Assembly: GCA_030141605.1 (NCBI GenBank)
Contig: JAQGDQ010001615.1
Coordinates: forward strand, 1-32,479
DNA: 32,479 bases
Origin: Tubiluchus corallicola
Taxonomy: Eukaryota > Animalia > Priapulida
Direction of reading: 5' to 3'
The notes under the pieces were generated by a model. It was not told the origin of the DNA. It worked only from the letters and a program-made list of their open reading frames with translations, and searched no databases. Shown piece after piece: positions 1 to 11,971 of this stretch; position 1 is the first letter of the stretch, and every line of letters starts with the position of its first letter. Both the position numbers and the translations under genes were made by a program.

Positions 1-114
1 GATTTTATTCTTTCATCATTTGGCCTGTGTCCGAAAAATGTGGTGATTGCCCGATAAAATGTGTTTGCCCTAATTTGGGAGGCTGCAGTCCCCCCCCCGG
101 CTCGTACGCCTATG
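1..114. mobile_element. Right end of a probable non-autonomous DNA transposon (MITE), cut by the window edge
   Basis: Ends ...ggctgcagtccccccccggctcgtacgcctatg. The reverse complement CATAGGCGTAC resembles the CAG(A/G)GGCGTAT TIR of the hAT MITE at 22140-22552. The other end and TSD are not visible. Confidence 0.45.
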
Positions 115-189
115 AACAATTACGTATTTGCCGTATATTAAAGAGTTGATAGTAGCCGGTTTGACATATTTTAGAAATTTTAAGATGAA

Positions 190-1205
190 ACAGACAAGTT
201 CTGATCAAGTATAAATCCTGCATTAATACTAGTTGCAAACGGTAAAAAATCTGCAGCAAATTGTTTGACGCAAATGGTCTCAGTCAAATTTTTCCCGTTT
301 TATTGGTACCAGTACTAACTGTTGTTTTCAATATTATTTTTAGTTCTGTATATCCGAAGCCATGTTCATTAGCAAAAATGTTTTTTACTTATTAAAAGAA
401 GATGCCGATTCTAACCAACAAATTATAGAGGAATTAGCATCTTCAATGCAATTGCTAAATTTGTGGAATTATTTTAAATAGCCATTTTTTTCACTTTGGT
501 ATAAACCTAGAATTAAGCAGGCTAGAGCTCAAACAGGCCGAGGTTGTTTAAAACAATTACTTACTGTAAGACTTTTAATTGATTTTGCCCAATGTAAAAA
601 TAAAATACTGTTCTTTGAATTCACTGTCTATCAGGAAGCGTATGACATAGTCAATCGAGCAGATTGTTGGAAATGATGGCTCTTAAAGGGTGCGGCAATA
701 GGTATCTCAAAACAATTGGCGAAACCTTGAAGAAATGTTATAGTGTTTCTGAAACTGAGAAGTTTGACTCTAGTAGAGTGTTCGACAAGGGGCTCTACAA
801 GCTGTTCATTGTTTACTCTGTTCGTAGATTACGTTGTTGAGGAATGGCTAGAATCTTTGTACCAGTTATTACTGATAGACGACACAGTTTTCTTTGCCTC
901 ATCTAGATTCACTATGGCTGATAATTTGAATAGACTGTACAATATCGCATATGAAATCGAAATGATACTTTTTTCCACCAAGTCCCAGGTCATGGTTATT
1001 AATTCTGAAGACACTGACTTATTTTATGCCGTGCCTGTTACAGTTGTGTACATAAGAAATTATATCTATTAAGACCCATAATCATGAATTTTCCTATAGC
1101 TCACCAAGTTGAAATTCATATGCAAGCACAGCAGCCGCCTATTCGTAAGTCTTTGACATTTTTAGAGAAAAACTCAGATGCGCCTCACGTTGTAAAAAAA
1201 AGAAC
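190..1205 (+). mobile_element. Decayed LINE reverse-transcriptase fragment
   Basis: Frameshifted RT motifs in order: NYRGISIFNAIAKF (~421), EAYDIVNR (~635), VRQG..TSCSLFTLFVD (~780) and LLLIDDTVFFASSR (catalytic xxDD position). Multiple stops and frameshifts. Confidence 0.75.
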
Positions 1206-1407
1206 TAAATGGCTGAGTTAAGAACTAAAATTAAACATAATTTTATGTTTAAAGACCTCTGCATATCAGTGAAAAGTAACCTTCAATAATGGTTTTAATG
1301 GTTTTATTCTCATGAATTATTTTAGATCCATACAGTATCAATACTTAACACACTAACTGCCAACTAACGGTATCATTCATTAATTATCACTGTGATTTCC
1401 AGAAATT

Positions 1408-1682
1408 TTGTAAACCATTGCTAAAAATCCCAGTTCTCGGGTTGTAAACCATTGCTAAAAATCCCAGTTCTCGGGTTGTAAACCATTGCTAAAAATCCCA
1501 GTACTCGGGTTGCAAACCATTGCTAAAAATCCCAGTTCTCGGGTTGTAAATCATTGCTAAAAATCCCAGTTCTCGGGTTGTAAACCATTACTAAAAATCC
1601 CAGTTCTCGGGTTGTAAACCATTGCTAAAAATCCCAGTTCTCGGGTTGTAAACCATTGCTAAAAATCCCAGTTCTCGGGTTG
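1408..1682. repeat. 34-bp minisatellite, 8 near-identical copies (TTGTAAACCATTGCTAAAAATCCCAGTTCTCGGG)
   Basis: Units recur at 1411, 1445, 1479, 1513, 1547, 1581, 1615 and 1649, with only 4 substitutions seen. Confidence 0.97.
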
Positions 1683-1750
1683 AAATATATTCTTAATTGT
1701 ACACTCTTTATTCTTCATTAATTATGCCATATCTGTACTATTGTTCAGAG
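1683..1750 (+). mobile_element. CR1/L2 (Crack-like) LINE ORF2 fragment, left of the RTE insertion
   Basis: KYILN..YTLYSSLIMPYLYYCSE is typical post-RT sequence of CR1/L2-group LINEs. Confidence 0.7.
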
Positions 1751-3000
1751 CTCCTGAGACTGATTACTTTCTTCCACGAGGAAATGAAAGGTCTGTTCAG
1801 TCTGACGGCTCTTCCTCACACCCATTCCCAGTCAAAAGCGGAGTTAAACAAGGATGTGTCCTCGCCCCAACCCTCTTTGGTATCCTGTTCTCTCTGCTGC
1901 TGCACTATGCATTTAAAGAAACTGAAGAGGGAGTCTATTTACACACACGAAGCGACGGCAGCCTATTCAACCTCTCTCGTCTCCGAGCAAAGTTCTCATT
2001 CGCGAAATGCCGCACTGACAGCTCACACTGAAGCCGGCCTCCAAGGCCTCATTGACAACTTTGCCAATGCCTGCAGTGAGTTTGGCCTCACAATCAGCAT
2101 CCAAAAGACCAAGGTGCTGGGCCAAGATGTTTCCCCAGCACCTCACATCTCCATCGATGACTGCTGCCTTGACGTGGTGGAAGACTTCACCTATCTTGGT
2201 TCTGTTATTTCCAGCAATCTTAGCTTGGCCACAGAACTGAATTCCAGAATCGGCAAGGCCTCATCAACGATGGCTCGCTTAACGAAGAGGGTGTGGGAAA
2301 ACAACATGCTGACTATCAAGACAAAGTCCCAGGTGTACCAAGCCTGTGTACTGAGCACGCTGTTGTACGGGAGCGAGAGTTCGACTCTGTATAGCCATCA
2401 AGAACGCAGGCTCAATGCTTTCCACCAACGCTGCCTCAGAAGAAACCTGGGCATCTCATGGCAGGAGCACATAACCAACAAGGATGTGCTAGCAAGAGCT
2501 GGAATCCCTAGCATGTATGCCATACTCACCAACAGACGTCTGCGCTGGCTAGGCCATGTTTCCCGCATGCAGGACGGCAGATTGCCCAAGGACATTCTGT
2601 ACGGTGAGCTTGCCACTGGCTCCCGACCCACCGGGAGGCCACTGCTCCGCTACAAAGGTGTATGTAAACGGGACCTCAAGGCAGGCAGCATTACACCAGC
2701 AAATTACGAGGCGCTTGCTGCAGTTCGAAGCAACTGGAAATCTGCTGTTAGGACAGCCATTAACAGAGCGGAGAAAACGAGGGAGAAAAAACAAGAGGAT
2801 AAAAGGACTCGCGGGCATCAGAAAGATGCCCTACCTCACACGGATGAAACAGCCTTCCAATGTGCAACCTGCAGCCGGAACTGCCGCTCAAGGATCGGAC
2901 TACTCAGTCACAGTCGACGCTGCAGCTCCATCAATTTGATTAATAACTGACTCTCTTGGCGCACAATCCATTGTCTTTCGAGACAGAAGGATGCCAACAA
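1751..3000 (+). mobile_element. 5'-truncated RTE-clade LINE (RT C-terminal half, C-terminal Zn finger, 3' UTR), inactive
   Basis: Motifs GVKQGCVLAPTLF, TRSDGSLFNLSRLRAK, FTYLGS, VLSTLLYGSE, RRLRWLGHVSRM, LPKDILYGEL and C-x2-C..H (CATCSRNCRSRIGLLSH). RTE-type end ccattgtctttcgagacagaaggatgccaacaa. Clearly GC-richer than the flanks. Confidence 0.92.
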
Positions 3001-3779
3001 CTCATTATTTTTGTAAATTGAAAGCTCTAAAGCTAAAACATTTGATAAATCTCATTGGTAATGTACAAAACTGGAAAAAATGAGTTACCAGAAAATGTGC
3101 AAAAACTGTCTACAAAAGTGAATCATACGAACGTTGTAACACGCCAGAACGATTATTTTAAAACACCCTTAGTAAGAACAAGAAAGAAATCGATGTGTGT
3201 ATCAGTTTTTTGGTATCAGTTCAAAAAAGGCTTAAATTGGCAGCTGCTGAGTTATGAGTGCATCAGTGGAAAATTTTAAAAATACAGTGTCAGCCATTTA
3301 GTTTGTAATTTTATATGTATATCTAGTATGTAATTTTAGATGTAGTTTTATTATATGATGTAATTTGTGATTTTAGATATAAAAACAATTTTGGAAGTAA
3401 AATCTAATTTAATATGTATTATGTAGTGTAACCTATCTGATATAATAATGTAGTGTATATTTATATTATTTAATGTGTGTGTGTGTGTGCGCGCGCGCGT
3501 GCGTGCGTGCGTGCGTGCGTGTGTGTGTGTGTGTGTGTGATGTACATGTAATGTGTAATATAATGTATAATCTATAATCATAGACAGTAAGATCAATAAT
3601 GGATAAATAATGACAACTAAAACGGGAAGGCAAATAAAAGTTTTCACTTCATCCTCTCCTTTTCTCGAATGCTTTTATCGTGGTCTTATTGTTTTACATG
3701 TATGTATAATGTATTTTATACTAATGTGCGCAAATTTTATGTGTCATATGTAATAATTTTTAACTCATCGAATAAATAA
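3001..3779 (+). mobile_element. CR1/L2 (Crack-like) LINE 3' end, right of the RTE insertion
   Basis: HYFCKLKALKLKHLI..MYK..KNELPENVQKL..TRQ..VRTRKKSMCVSV, followed by an AT-rich 3' UTR ending ...gaataaataa. Confidence 0.75.
3474..3539. repeat. Compound alternating purine-pyrimidine microsatellite (TG)n(CG)n(TGCG)n(TG)n
   Basis: Read directly from the sequence. Confidence 0.95.
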
Positions 3780-4389
3780 TTTAAAAGTTAAAAATATCGG
3801 CTAGTCCATAATTTTTCCGCGTCTCCTTTCTTTCCCCAACTTATTACCCGTAATCTGCAATAATTGGTAAAATAAACCGCAATGGCTAACACAAATTCTG
3901 ACAATAAAGAGTCATAAATAATTAATGATATTTTAGATACATTTTATACATTTTTTAATTTTATGTAAATTTATAGACTTTACATAGTAAGTAGCGTTTA
4001 AATTTTTATTATTGTAAAGCGTTCTAGAGCAACCGTATAGTGCACTTAAGAAGGAAAAAAAATTTAACTTAACTTCTACATAATTCTGCAGCTGAGCAAT
4101 TTACAAACAAGATTATCAACGAGTTTCCTTTGTTGCTGAACCAATAATTTAGTGAAATCGTTTAATTAGAGAAAATGAAAAACTTACCAAAAACAATGTT
4201 TAGCAAGAAAGCAAAACGTGGTACGCTAGCAGCCATATTATTCTAACAAGGAATTAGACAAAGTACAACCAAAAATAAAGAGTACACGCGTAATTTACCA
4301 CTATCTTTACTGTGTACATTTAATTAAAGGTTGTCATATACAAGCAATGTGACAGCAATAAAGAGGTTAAGCATATATGCACTCTGTCA

Positions 4390-7300
4390 ATGATAGAGGA
4401 TTTTACAATCTTCGAACTGAAAGGGATATACTGTTTGTATTTCTGATTTGTAAATGTTACAGTTGATGACGTTGTGTGATGGAATTTGATGACAGTGGCA
4501 ATTGACTGGAAATGCTGCTCTCTTTGCTTTTATGGAATCTTTTCAATCTGTTGTTGAACAAAAGATGGAGCAAAAAATCAATAACATTTCTCTAAGCCAG
4601 TATATTAAAAGAGATTATTTAGATTTTCCCTCTAAAATTTTTTGAATTTCGTTGTATCTACTTATTTATATAGTAACGAGTTCCGGCACAAATAAGAGAA
4701 ATGTGTCGACGTTTCACAGAACATAACCAAGCAGAGCCAGCAAAGCTACTTAAATGACGTCGGACGTTCCGGGAAACCGAATAACACTTCTGATATGGCA
4801 TAATTAAATATATTTTTTTCCAAAAATTTAAGGTGTGTTGACACGATAAAATTCTTATAAGTTTAATGATCCCCATGCTATGTAAACAAAATAGCACGTT
4901 GCCAAATTGTGCCTATTCTGAGTAGTCGGCTAGTTCTGCTAAGTTGTAATTTTAGAACAGAGTAAGGGGTTGAAATTGCTTTTTTATATTTCATAGTTTT
5001 TTTATATTTACTGGTTTTGTGTTACTAATTATTTTCTGCAGTTTCTACTGATAAAAGGCAAATGACAAACGTTTACAGACTTGTAAATACAACAATAAAC
5101 ATTTGTTGCTTTCTGTTAAAGAATAGACTGTTAAACAGAAGATCATTGTTATTTACAAATGCTTTTAGATACAACCTTTTTCTAACTCTGAGACTACTAA
5201 TTCTAATAACTCGCATAGCCTGCGACAGCTGCCAAAATTAATTGAATGGACAAAAATAAATCAGTTTAAGTTTTCTAATGCATTAGCAAGTGATAACATT
5301 CAAAACACACTAAGGCAGTTTAACAACATGAATTTAAATGGGTCGGAATCTGACGTCAGTCAAACCTGTAACTGTATTAATGATATAATAGTAGTAATAT
5401 CAGGGAGGAATACTTTCAGGCAGAGCGTAAATGTCAAAAGCTAGTCCGTAAAGCATTTAAGTTGTACAGAATTCATATTGTGCAGTGCCTCACCACGTGT
5501 GAAAAACAGCCGCTTGAATTTTGGCGGCAATTTAATTGTATTATCGGTAATAACTATGAAACGCAACAAAATATTTGACCCAATAAATGGTTCCAATATT
5601 ATAGTACCTTAATGAATAATAATTCAAGTACCACGCCCCAAATGTAGTCAAGGAAATTACAAAAAAAATACGGACAGAGAGCTCAATATTTACACAGCTA
5701 GATTTTCGAATCACAAAATTAATAACGAAATTCTAAAAGCTGTAAAAATGTTGAAGGTTTTAAGTCATGGTCACCTGATTGCATATCTAACGAAATGCTG
5801 AAGATCGCTGTGCCCTTGTTTATCGATCCGCTAAACAAATTATATAATTTTATTCTTACTAATGGGTGAGAGTCTAATTGATTGATTGAATATCTTTATT
5901 GACATAAACATATGATAATAACAATGTAATAATTCATGTGTTAATTAATACTGTAAAATGTTATTAAAGCTGTTTCCAGCCCACTTGGGTTTACAAGTCA
6001 ATTTCATGAAAATTTATCACATAATAACTGTGCAGTTCATTTACATAGAATATCAAATAAAAAAATATATATAATATGGAATTTTAACATATACCTGAAT
6101 GGACAAGTCATGTATTAAATATATATCTTGCTTTGCCTCATTCTAAAAATCTTATAAGTATATTTTGCAGTCCTAAGGACATTCTCTTCTGACATAATAT
6201 ATTTCCATTTATTTACATTATCTAATTGTTCCGGGTCCATGTTAATATCTTGGAAAAATTCTTCTCTCTCTAGTCTATAATGTGTACAAACAAACATAAA
6301 GTGAGATTCATCTTCTACATCTCCACAGCAACATATCTTACACAAACGTTCACCAACCTTAACATTTCTAAACCTACCATGATCCAGTTCCAGGGGAAGA
6401 GTACCACTTCTTAGCTTTGCAAGCACAGACCTGTATTTTCCTTGCATATTAATATAAACATATGGTTCTACTCCAAAGCTGTTCTTATACAATATATATG
6501 TTCTAAGTTTAGGGTAATCTGCATTTTTTGCTTTCCAATCAACACATTGTTTCTCATACAGCTGTGCCCATGCTCTGCTAAGAGGTACAGTATCCATATT
6601 AACAAAAGCTTGCTGGAACCCTGCTTCCTCTAGGACTTTAGAAGTTTCATATGACCAACCAACGTTGGTATTACGGTCCCAAAGAAATATTCTCTTAACA
6701 AGTCTAGAATTATCAAGTGTTAAAAGACGATTCCAATATATTCTAATAGTACCTATCCATAAATCAGGATGCAAGGATAATCATGATAACTAATGAGGAA
6801 TTTCCCTCTCCAGTTGTCTAGGAAAGTTATTTAACCAGAATATTAAATGAAAGATTAAACCTATATCTAGAAAATAATGAGATTATAAAGAAAGAACAAA
6901 TCGGCTTTCGTAAAGGTTATAGAACAGCTGATCACATTTACGCTTAAAACAATTGTAGACAAGTACGTTAATAATAGCAAATACTTATGTTTGTGCTTTG
7001 TAGACTTTCGCAAAGCATTTGATACAGTATGAAGAGATGGGATGTATTATAAGCTGCTGAATTATGGCATTGGGGACACTTTCTTCAGATTATTAAAAAT
7101 ACGTATGAAAACATTAGTATGACAATAAAAGTCCCTGTTGGAATAACACAAAGCTTTATTACATTGTGTGGTGTAAAACAAAGTTGTGTCTTAAATCCGT
7201 CTTGCTTTTTATATCTATGTTAATGATTTACCTGAAATATTTGATGTAAAATGCTATCCTGTAGCAATTAATAACACTAGAATTAACGTTCTTATTTACG

Positions 7301-8610
7301 CAGATGATACTATATTGTTGTCAGTCAGAAAACGGTTTGCATTAGTGCCTAAAAAAACTAGCAGAATGTTGTAACCGGTGGTCATTGACTGTAAATATAA
7401 ATAAAACTCAAGCAGTTATCTTTAATAAAACAGGTAGAATTTTAAAAAATTATAACTTTTACATATAGATATATAAATAGTTAAGGTTAGAGTTCGATAA
7501 TTCGGGTTTTTTAGGAACAGTATTAATGCCTTAAAAGATAAAGTTATGAAATTTATGAATTTACTGCGCCAGACTTTATTTCCTTATGATATTAATCCAC
7601 TGGTAGCAACTAGAATTTTTGAAGCTGTCATCAGACTTGTTTGCATGCTTCAGGCACATGGTTACCATATTCTTGTAATTTTCGAAGAATAATGCACCGA
7701 TCTAATTTAGAAGCATGTTATGGCGTGTTGAAACTGTAAGTGTTAATTTAAAATGTGTCGTTTGTTATTGTATGGTGATTCTAAAACAGTTCGAAATGTT
7801 ATGAGAGGTGAGCTTGGTCAATTTCCGTTGTTTATTAATGCAGTCAAAAATTGCCTGAATTTTTGGCTCCATCTCTTGGACGCACCTGAAAATAGCCTCG
7901 CAAAATGCTTGTGTTCTTTCTAAAGACATTAGCGAAAATGGTGGACTTTCGTGGGCTACGTTTATTAAAACTGTTTTGTTTGATTTGGTTTTGGACGTGT
8001 TTGGGAGCACCAAGGTACATTTAATAAAAAGAAATTTATCAAAGCCATCAATGATAAACTTGAATTTCTGGTATACACTGCACTGGCTGCAGAAAATGAA
8101 CCGGGCTGCACCGAATGAAAATAGCAATGAACTTAGAACGTATAAACTTTTTAAAAATTCTTATAAGAAGGAAAATTATTTGTTGATTGGCATTCCAAAA
8201 TATGTCAAAACTAACGTGTTCGTGCTCATAAATTGGCAATTGAAATCTGGTGATATCATAAGCCGAAAAAGATACTTGCAGAGCAACGAATATGTAAAAA
8301 TTGTTCGTGTTCTTAAATGCATTACAAGAAGTAGAAGTTATTAAAATTAACGCTAGATTGGTCCACAATATATCTGAAGATAGGCCCGACTGAGATAACT
8401 CAGCGCAAGCTTTATTAACTGACTAACTGTAATACATATGTAATATTAAGTTTATAATATTTATATATATTGCTCTGTTGTGTACGTTTTTGTGCTTGAA
8501 CCATTGTACCACTTATATGTGGTTTGTTTGTTAGATGTATAATGTTTTCTAAGTCGTTTTTTTCTGTATCTTCTGTAATTTCTTTCCATGGTGGTTCCAT
8601 AAATAAATAC
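4390..8610 (+). mobile_element. Heavily decayed RTEX-like LINE ORF2 (EN remnant, RT, C-terminal region), interrupted at 5879-6741
   Basis: PDCISNEMLK..PLNKLYNFIL (~5775), LIVPIHKSG..GISLSSCLGKLF (~6743-6830), EQIGFRKGYRTADH, CFVDFRKAFDTV, GVKQSCVL, LIYADD (YADD 7297-7308), ELRTYKLFK and AHKLAIE. Ends ...cataaataaatac. The 5' boundary is uncertain. Confidence 0.8.
5879..6741 (-). mobile_element. 5'-truncated RTEX-like LINE 3' end nested in the host LINE
   Basis: Open frame with YWNRL, KLRTY, KLRSGTLPLELDHGRF and ERLCKIC..EDESHFMFVC (CCHC). Ends AATAAA plus a (TCAA)n tail. Flanked by TCTAAT at 5873-5878 and 6742-6747. Confidence 0.88.
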
Positions 8611-8714
8611 GCACGAAACATGTTTGTTTTTAAAGTTTTGCTAAAATTTTGTGCACAAAAACCTATTTATTTAGATTGCGAAATATTTTTGCGTAATCTA
8701 GTTGTTTTACGAGT

Positions 8715-8830
8715 TGCTTCTCTCTTCCTACTTTTTCCTTTCTTTATTTCTTTATTTCTCTTTTTCCTTAACTCTTCCTTCATTTCTTTCTTTTTTTCTT
8801 TCTTATTTTTTTCCTCTTTCTTCTCTCCAT
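8715..8830. repeat. Polypyrimidine low-complexity tract
   Basis: Almost entirely T/C. Confidence 0.85.
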
Positions 8831-9187
8831 TACTAGAGTTACCAGACTTGTAGGATGCACAGGTGGGTTAGCAATTGATACAATGGCGCAATGACCGTTG
8901 ACCTTGAGTCAAAGGGTCAAAGCCTGAAGATATCAGTCAGGTTTTTATTACTCAACTCTTCCTAGAGCTTAGACCTTAGAGTTAAGTTCAACAATTTTTA
9001 TGAGACATTTAGGTATGGTGGGTAGATTTTTTTTTGTGTAACACTATACAGAGTTTTCATTTTGTATTCAAAAGTATATCGAATCTAAAATATTCCAAGA
9101 AAACTGTTCATCACTGTCTTTGAGTCAACAAGTTTTGTCACTTTTCAGTTGTTCTGGCAGTTCAGTTATTCCGAATAATGCGAAATG

Positions 9188-9345
9188 TTTTAATTAATTT
9201 ATTTATTCGTTTATTAATTCATTTGTTTATTTATTTCTTTGTTTATTCATTCATTAATTTATTTATTTCTTGTTCTTTATTTACTCATTCATTCACACAT
9301 TCGTTAATTCATTCGATCAGTAATTCATTCATTCGTTTCTTCCTT
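9188..9345. repeat. Degenerate (ATTT)/(ATTC) microsatellite
   Basis: Read directly. A similar tract lies at ~10192-10300. Confidence 0.85.
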
Positions 9346-10482
9346 TATATATTTTGTTCAGTAAGTTAGGAGCATAGAAAATTGTTACAAAACTATATAC
9401 ATTTTACAAAATTTTACAAAAAAATCTTATTAAAATACTCATAATAGCATAATTGTCTAGAAAGCTGAAGCAATAACCAACCAAATGAAACCCAACTGTA
9501 GGGCTCGTGTTTTAATATCTGTGTAGGGAAGCCGTGACAGGTGGTCTACATCCGTCCCTAAATCAAAGTTTTTCTTCGCAAAATAAACCGCAGTAAATGG
9601 CTCAGCAACGTCGATCGCTTGGTGACGTCACTGACGTGTTCCACCTGTGATTGGATGTTGTAATGTCTCTGAACTCTGAAGACGTGCATTATTGTAATGA
9701 AAGCGAAATTTTATATTAGGAACGCTTGTTTATATGCTATTCACTCCAAATAATTTTTATTTGATTTTCTAGATAACAGAAATTTGCCTAAACAATACAC
9801 CATAGCATTGTGCAATACACAGCTAAAGCTGATTTCATTTTCATTTTTTATTTTGAAACTTAAATTAGATTTTTTTAAATATAATCTTTTGAAGATATTC
9901 TTCGCATGTACTTGCTATAAACTTTAAAGGAAATACCATTTTAAAAATGCGAAATACCATTTTGCATTAAAGAGCAAAGTAGCTTTAAAAGGCACCGGAC
10001 GGTTTCAGGTTTTTTAAAGAAAACTTGTACATTTTTTGGCTCTGACATTAACACAAAAAGCATTATAAAATATACAAAAGCTTTTGTTCTGCACAAAAGA
10101 ATATTAAGGCTAGTTAAAAATTACCCAATCTGACGGCATATCATGGAACGAATGGAAAAATAACACCAACGGCGTAAAAATCACTGGTATATATTTATTT
10201 ATTTGTTTATTTACGCATGTTTTTATTTATTTATTTACTTATTTATTAATTCACTCACTCACTCATTTTTTAATCATGCATTCATTCAGTCAGTCAGTCA
10301 TTTGGCACATGATAGAGTAAACCGGCCAAGTGTCCTGGCCAGCAAAGACTTGACTTCTTGCTCTTGTGGGAAGAATAATTTGACGTCAAATTACAAGGCT
10401 GCAGAAAAATGAAAAGTTATGAATATCCCACCGGACAACTTATCAAAAGCATGACAATTATCAGAATGATGTTGGTGATATC

Positions 10483-11228
10483 CATCACACAGTATATTGA
10501 CACTTATAACATTACATCACAGTGCATTAACTTCTTAACACAGCATCAGTGCATTAACCACTTGTAAAACCGCATCACAGTGCATTGGCGTCTTGTAACA
10601 CCGCACTACAGCGCTTTGACGTCTTGTAACACCACACCAAAGTGCAGTGGCGTTTTGCAAAACCGCACCACAGTGCATTAGCGACTTGTAAGATCGCACC
10701 CAGTGCATTGTAAGACCGCGCTACAGCGCATTGGCATCTTGAAACACCGCACCACAGTGCAGTGGCGTGCTAACACAGCATCACAGTGCACTGATCTCTT
10801 GCAACACCCTGCCACAGTACATCGACGTCTTGTAACATTGCATTATTGTATGTTGGCTTCTTGACTTGTAACGCAGGATCGCAGTGCATTGGTCTCTTGT
10901 AAGTTGTAGCAAGCACCTCAGTGCACTGGTCTCTTGTAACCCCGCCACCCACCCAGTGCACTGGCGTCTTGTAATATTGCATCGTTGTACTTTGACTTCT
11001 TTTAACACTGCGTCACAGTGCATCGGCTTCATGTAACACTACTTTCCAGTGTTTTGGTGTCTTGTAACAGTACATCACAATACATTGCGACTTACGATAT
11101 TTTATCACATTGCGTTTCGCTTTTTTGTAGCGCTTCGTCACAATGCATGCGCCCTGTAACAGTCCAACACAATGCATTAATGCCTTATAACAGTACTACA
11201 GAATGCATTGACATCTTGTAACACTGCA
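10483..11228. repeat. Diverged 31-bp minisatellite (~CTTGTAACACCGCATCACAGTGCATTGGCGT), roughly 23 units
   Basis: CTTGTA anchors at 10561, 10592 and 10623, with CAGTGCA cores recurring throughout. Confidence 0.92.
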
Positions 11229-11721
11229 GATCCTATTGCTGAATGTCTCCAACCAATATGTGTGTTATTTTTGCCCACAAAGGACAAAAATATTTTTATT
11301 CTTTTAAAATACGTCAGTACATGATTTCTTCTGTTTTTTGATGGCTTTAAATAATACTGAGAAAAAGAGAAACGTCTCTGATTACATCACATTAGAACTT
11401 GCTCATTCTGCAAGCCTTTAGTCACTCCATACAAATCTCTATCTGAAATTTTGTTAAGCTTTTTGATGCCAAATAATTGCTACAGATTTCCTAAAATCTA
11501 TTTAGTCTTTTGCTGTTTTTATTGTTTTCTTTTCAAAACAGTAATTTTCTGCGTTGTATGTCAGATTCTGCGTGTAACAAACTACCAGACATTTGTATTT
11601 CACGTTAAGACTATGCTTCGAAGCGGAAATTTAAAAAAAAATATTATAGAAATTAGAATTTTTTGCATCTCACTGACGGTTTATATAAAATAAAAGTTAA
11701 AACATAAATTCAGTGTAATTT

Positions 11722-11729
11722 CTCTCTTT

Positions 11730-11798
<69 letters not shown>

Positions 11799-11826
11799 CT
11801 CTCTCTCTTTCTCTTTCTCTCTCTGT
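11722..11826. repeat. (CT)n microsatellite
   Basis: Read directly. Confidence 0.97.
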
Positions 11827-11874
11827 CGATGAATGTCGAATCAAGCAAGTATACAATTTCGATTCTTCCAAAAT

Positions 11875-11971
11875 TTTATTAATAATGGAATAAATGTGTT
11901 CTTGGAATAATTGTTCTTGTTTATGAGTTAAAGATATAATTTACATATGAGAATAAACAAAACGGTTTATT
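11875..11971 (-). terminator. Candidate polyadenylation signals of the bHLH gene
   Basis: Minus-strand AATAAA at 11971-11966 and 11880-11875, about 540-630 nt after the stop. Weak evidence in AT-rich DNA. Confidence 0.35.

Noticed and set aside
1408-1682. CRISPR-like array
   Set aside because: The units are head-to-tail with no spacers, there are no cas genes, and the context is eukaryotic.
1697-2950. 417-aa ORF as a functional gene
   Set aside because: It is a LINE chimera, part of the RT is out of frame, and the catalytic motif is deleted.
8890-8922. TGACC/TGACCTTGA/GGGTCA cluster as a nuclear-receptor enhancer
   Set aside because: It lies among repeats, and such motifs are common inside invertebrate MITEs. 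No further support.
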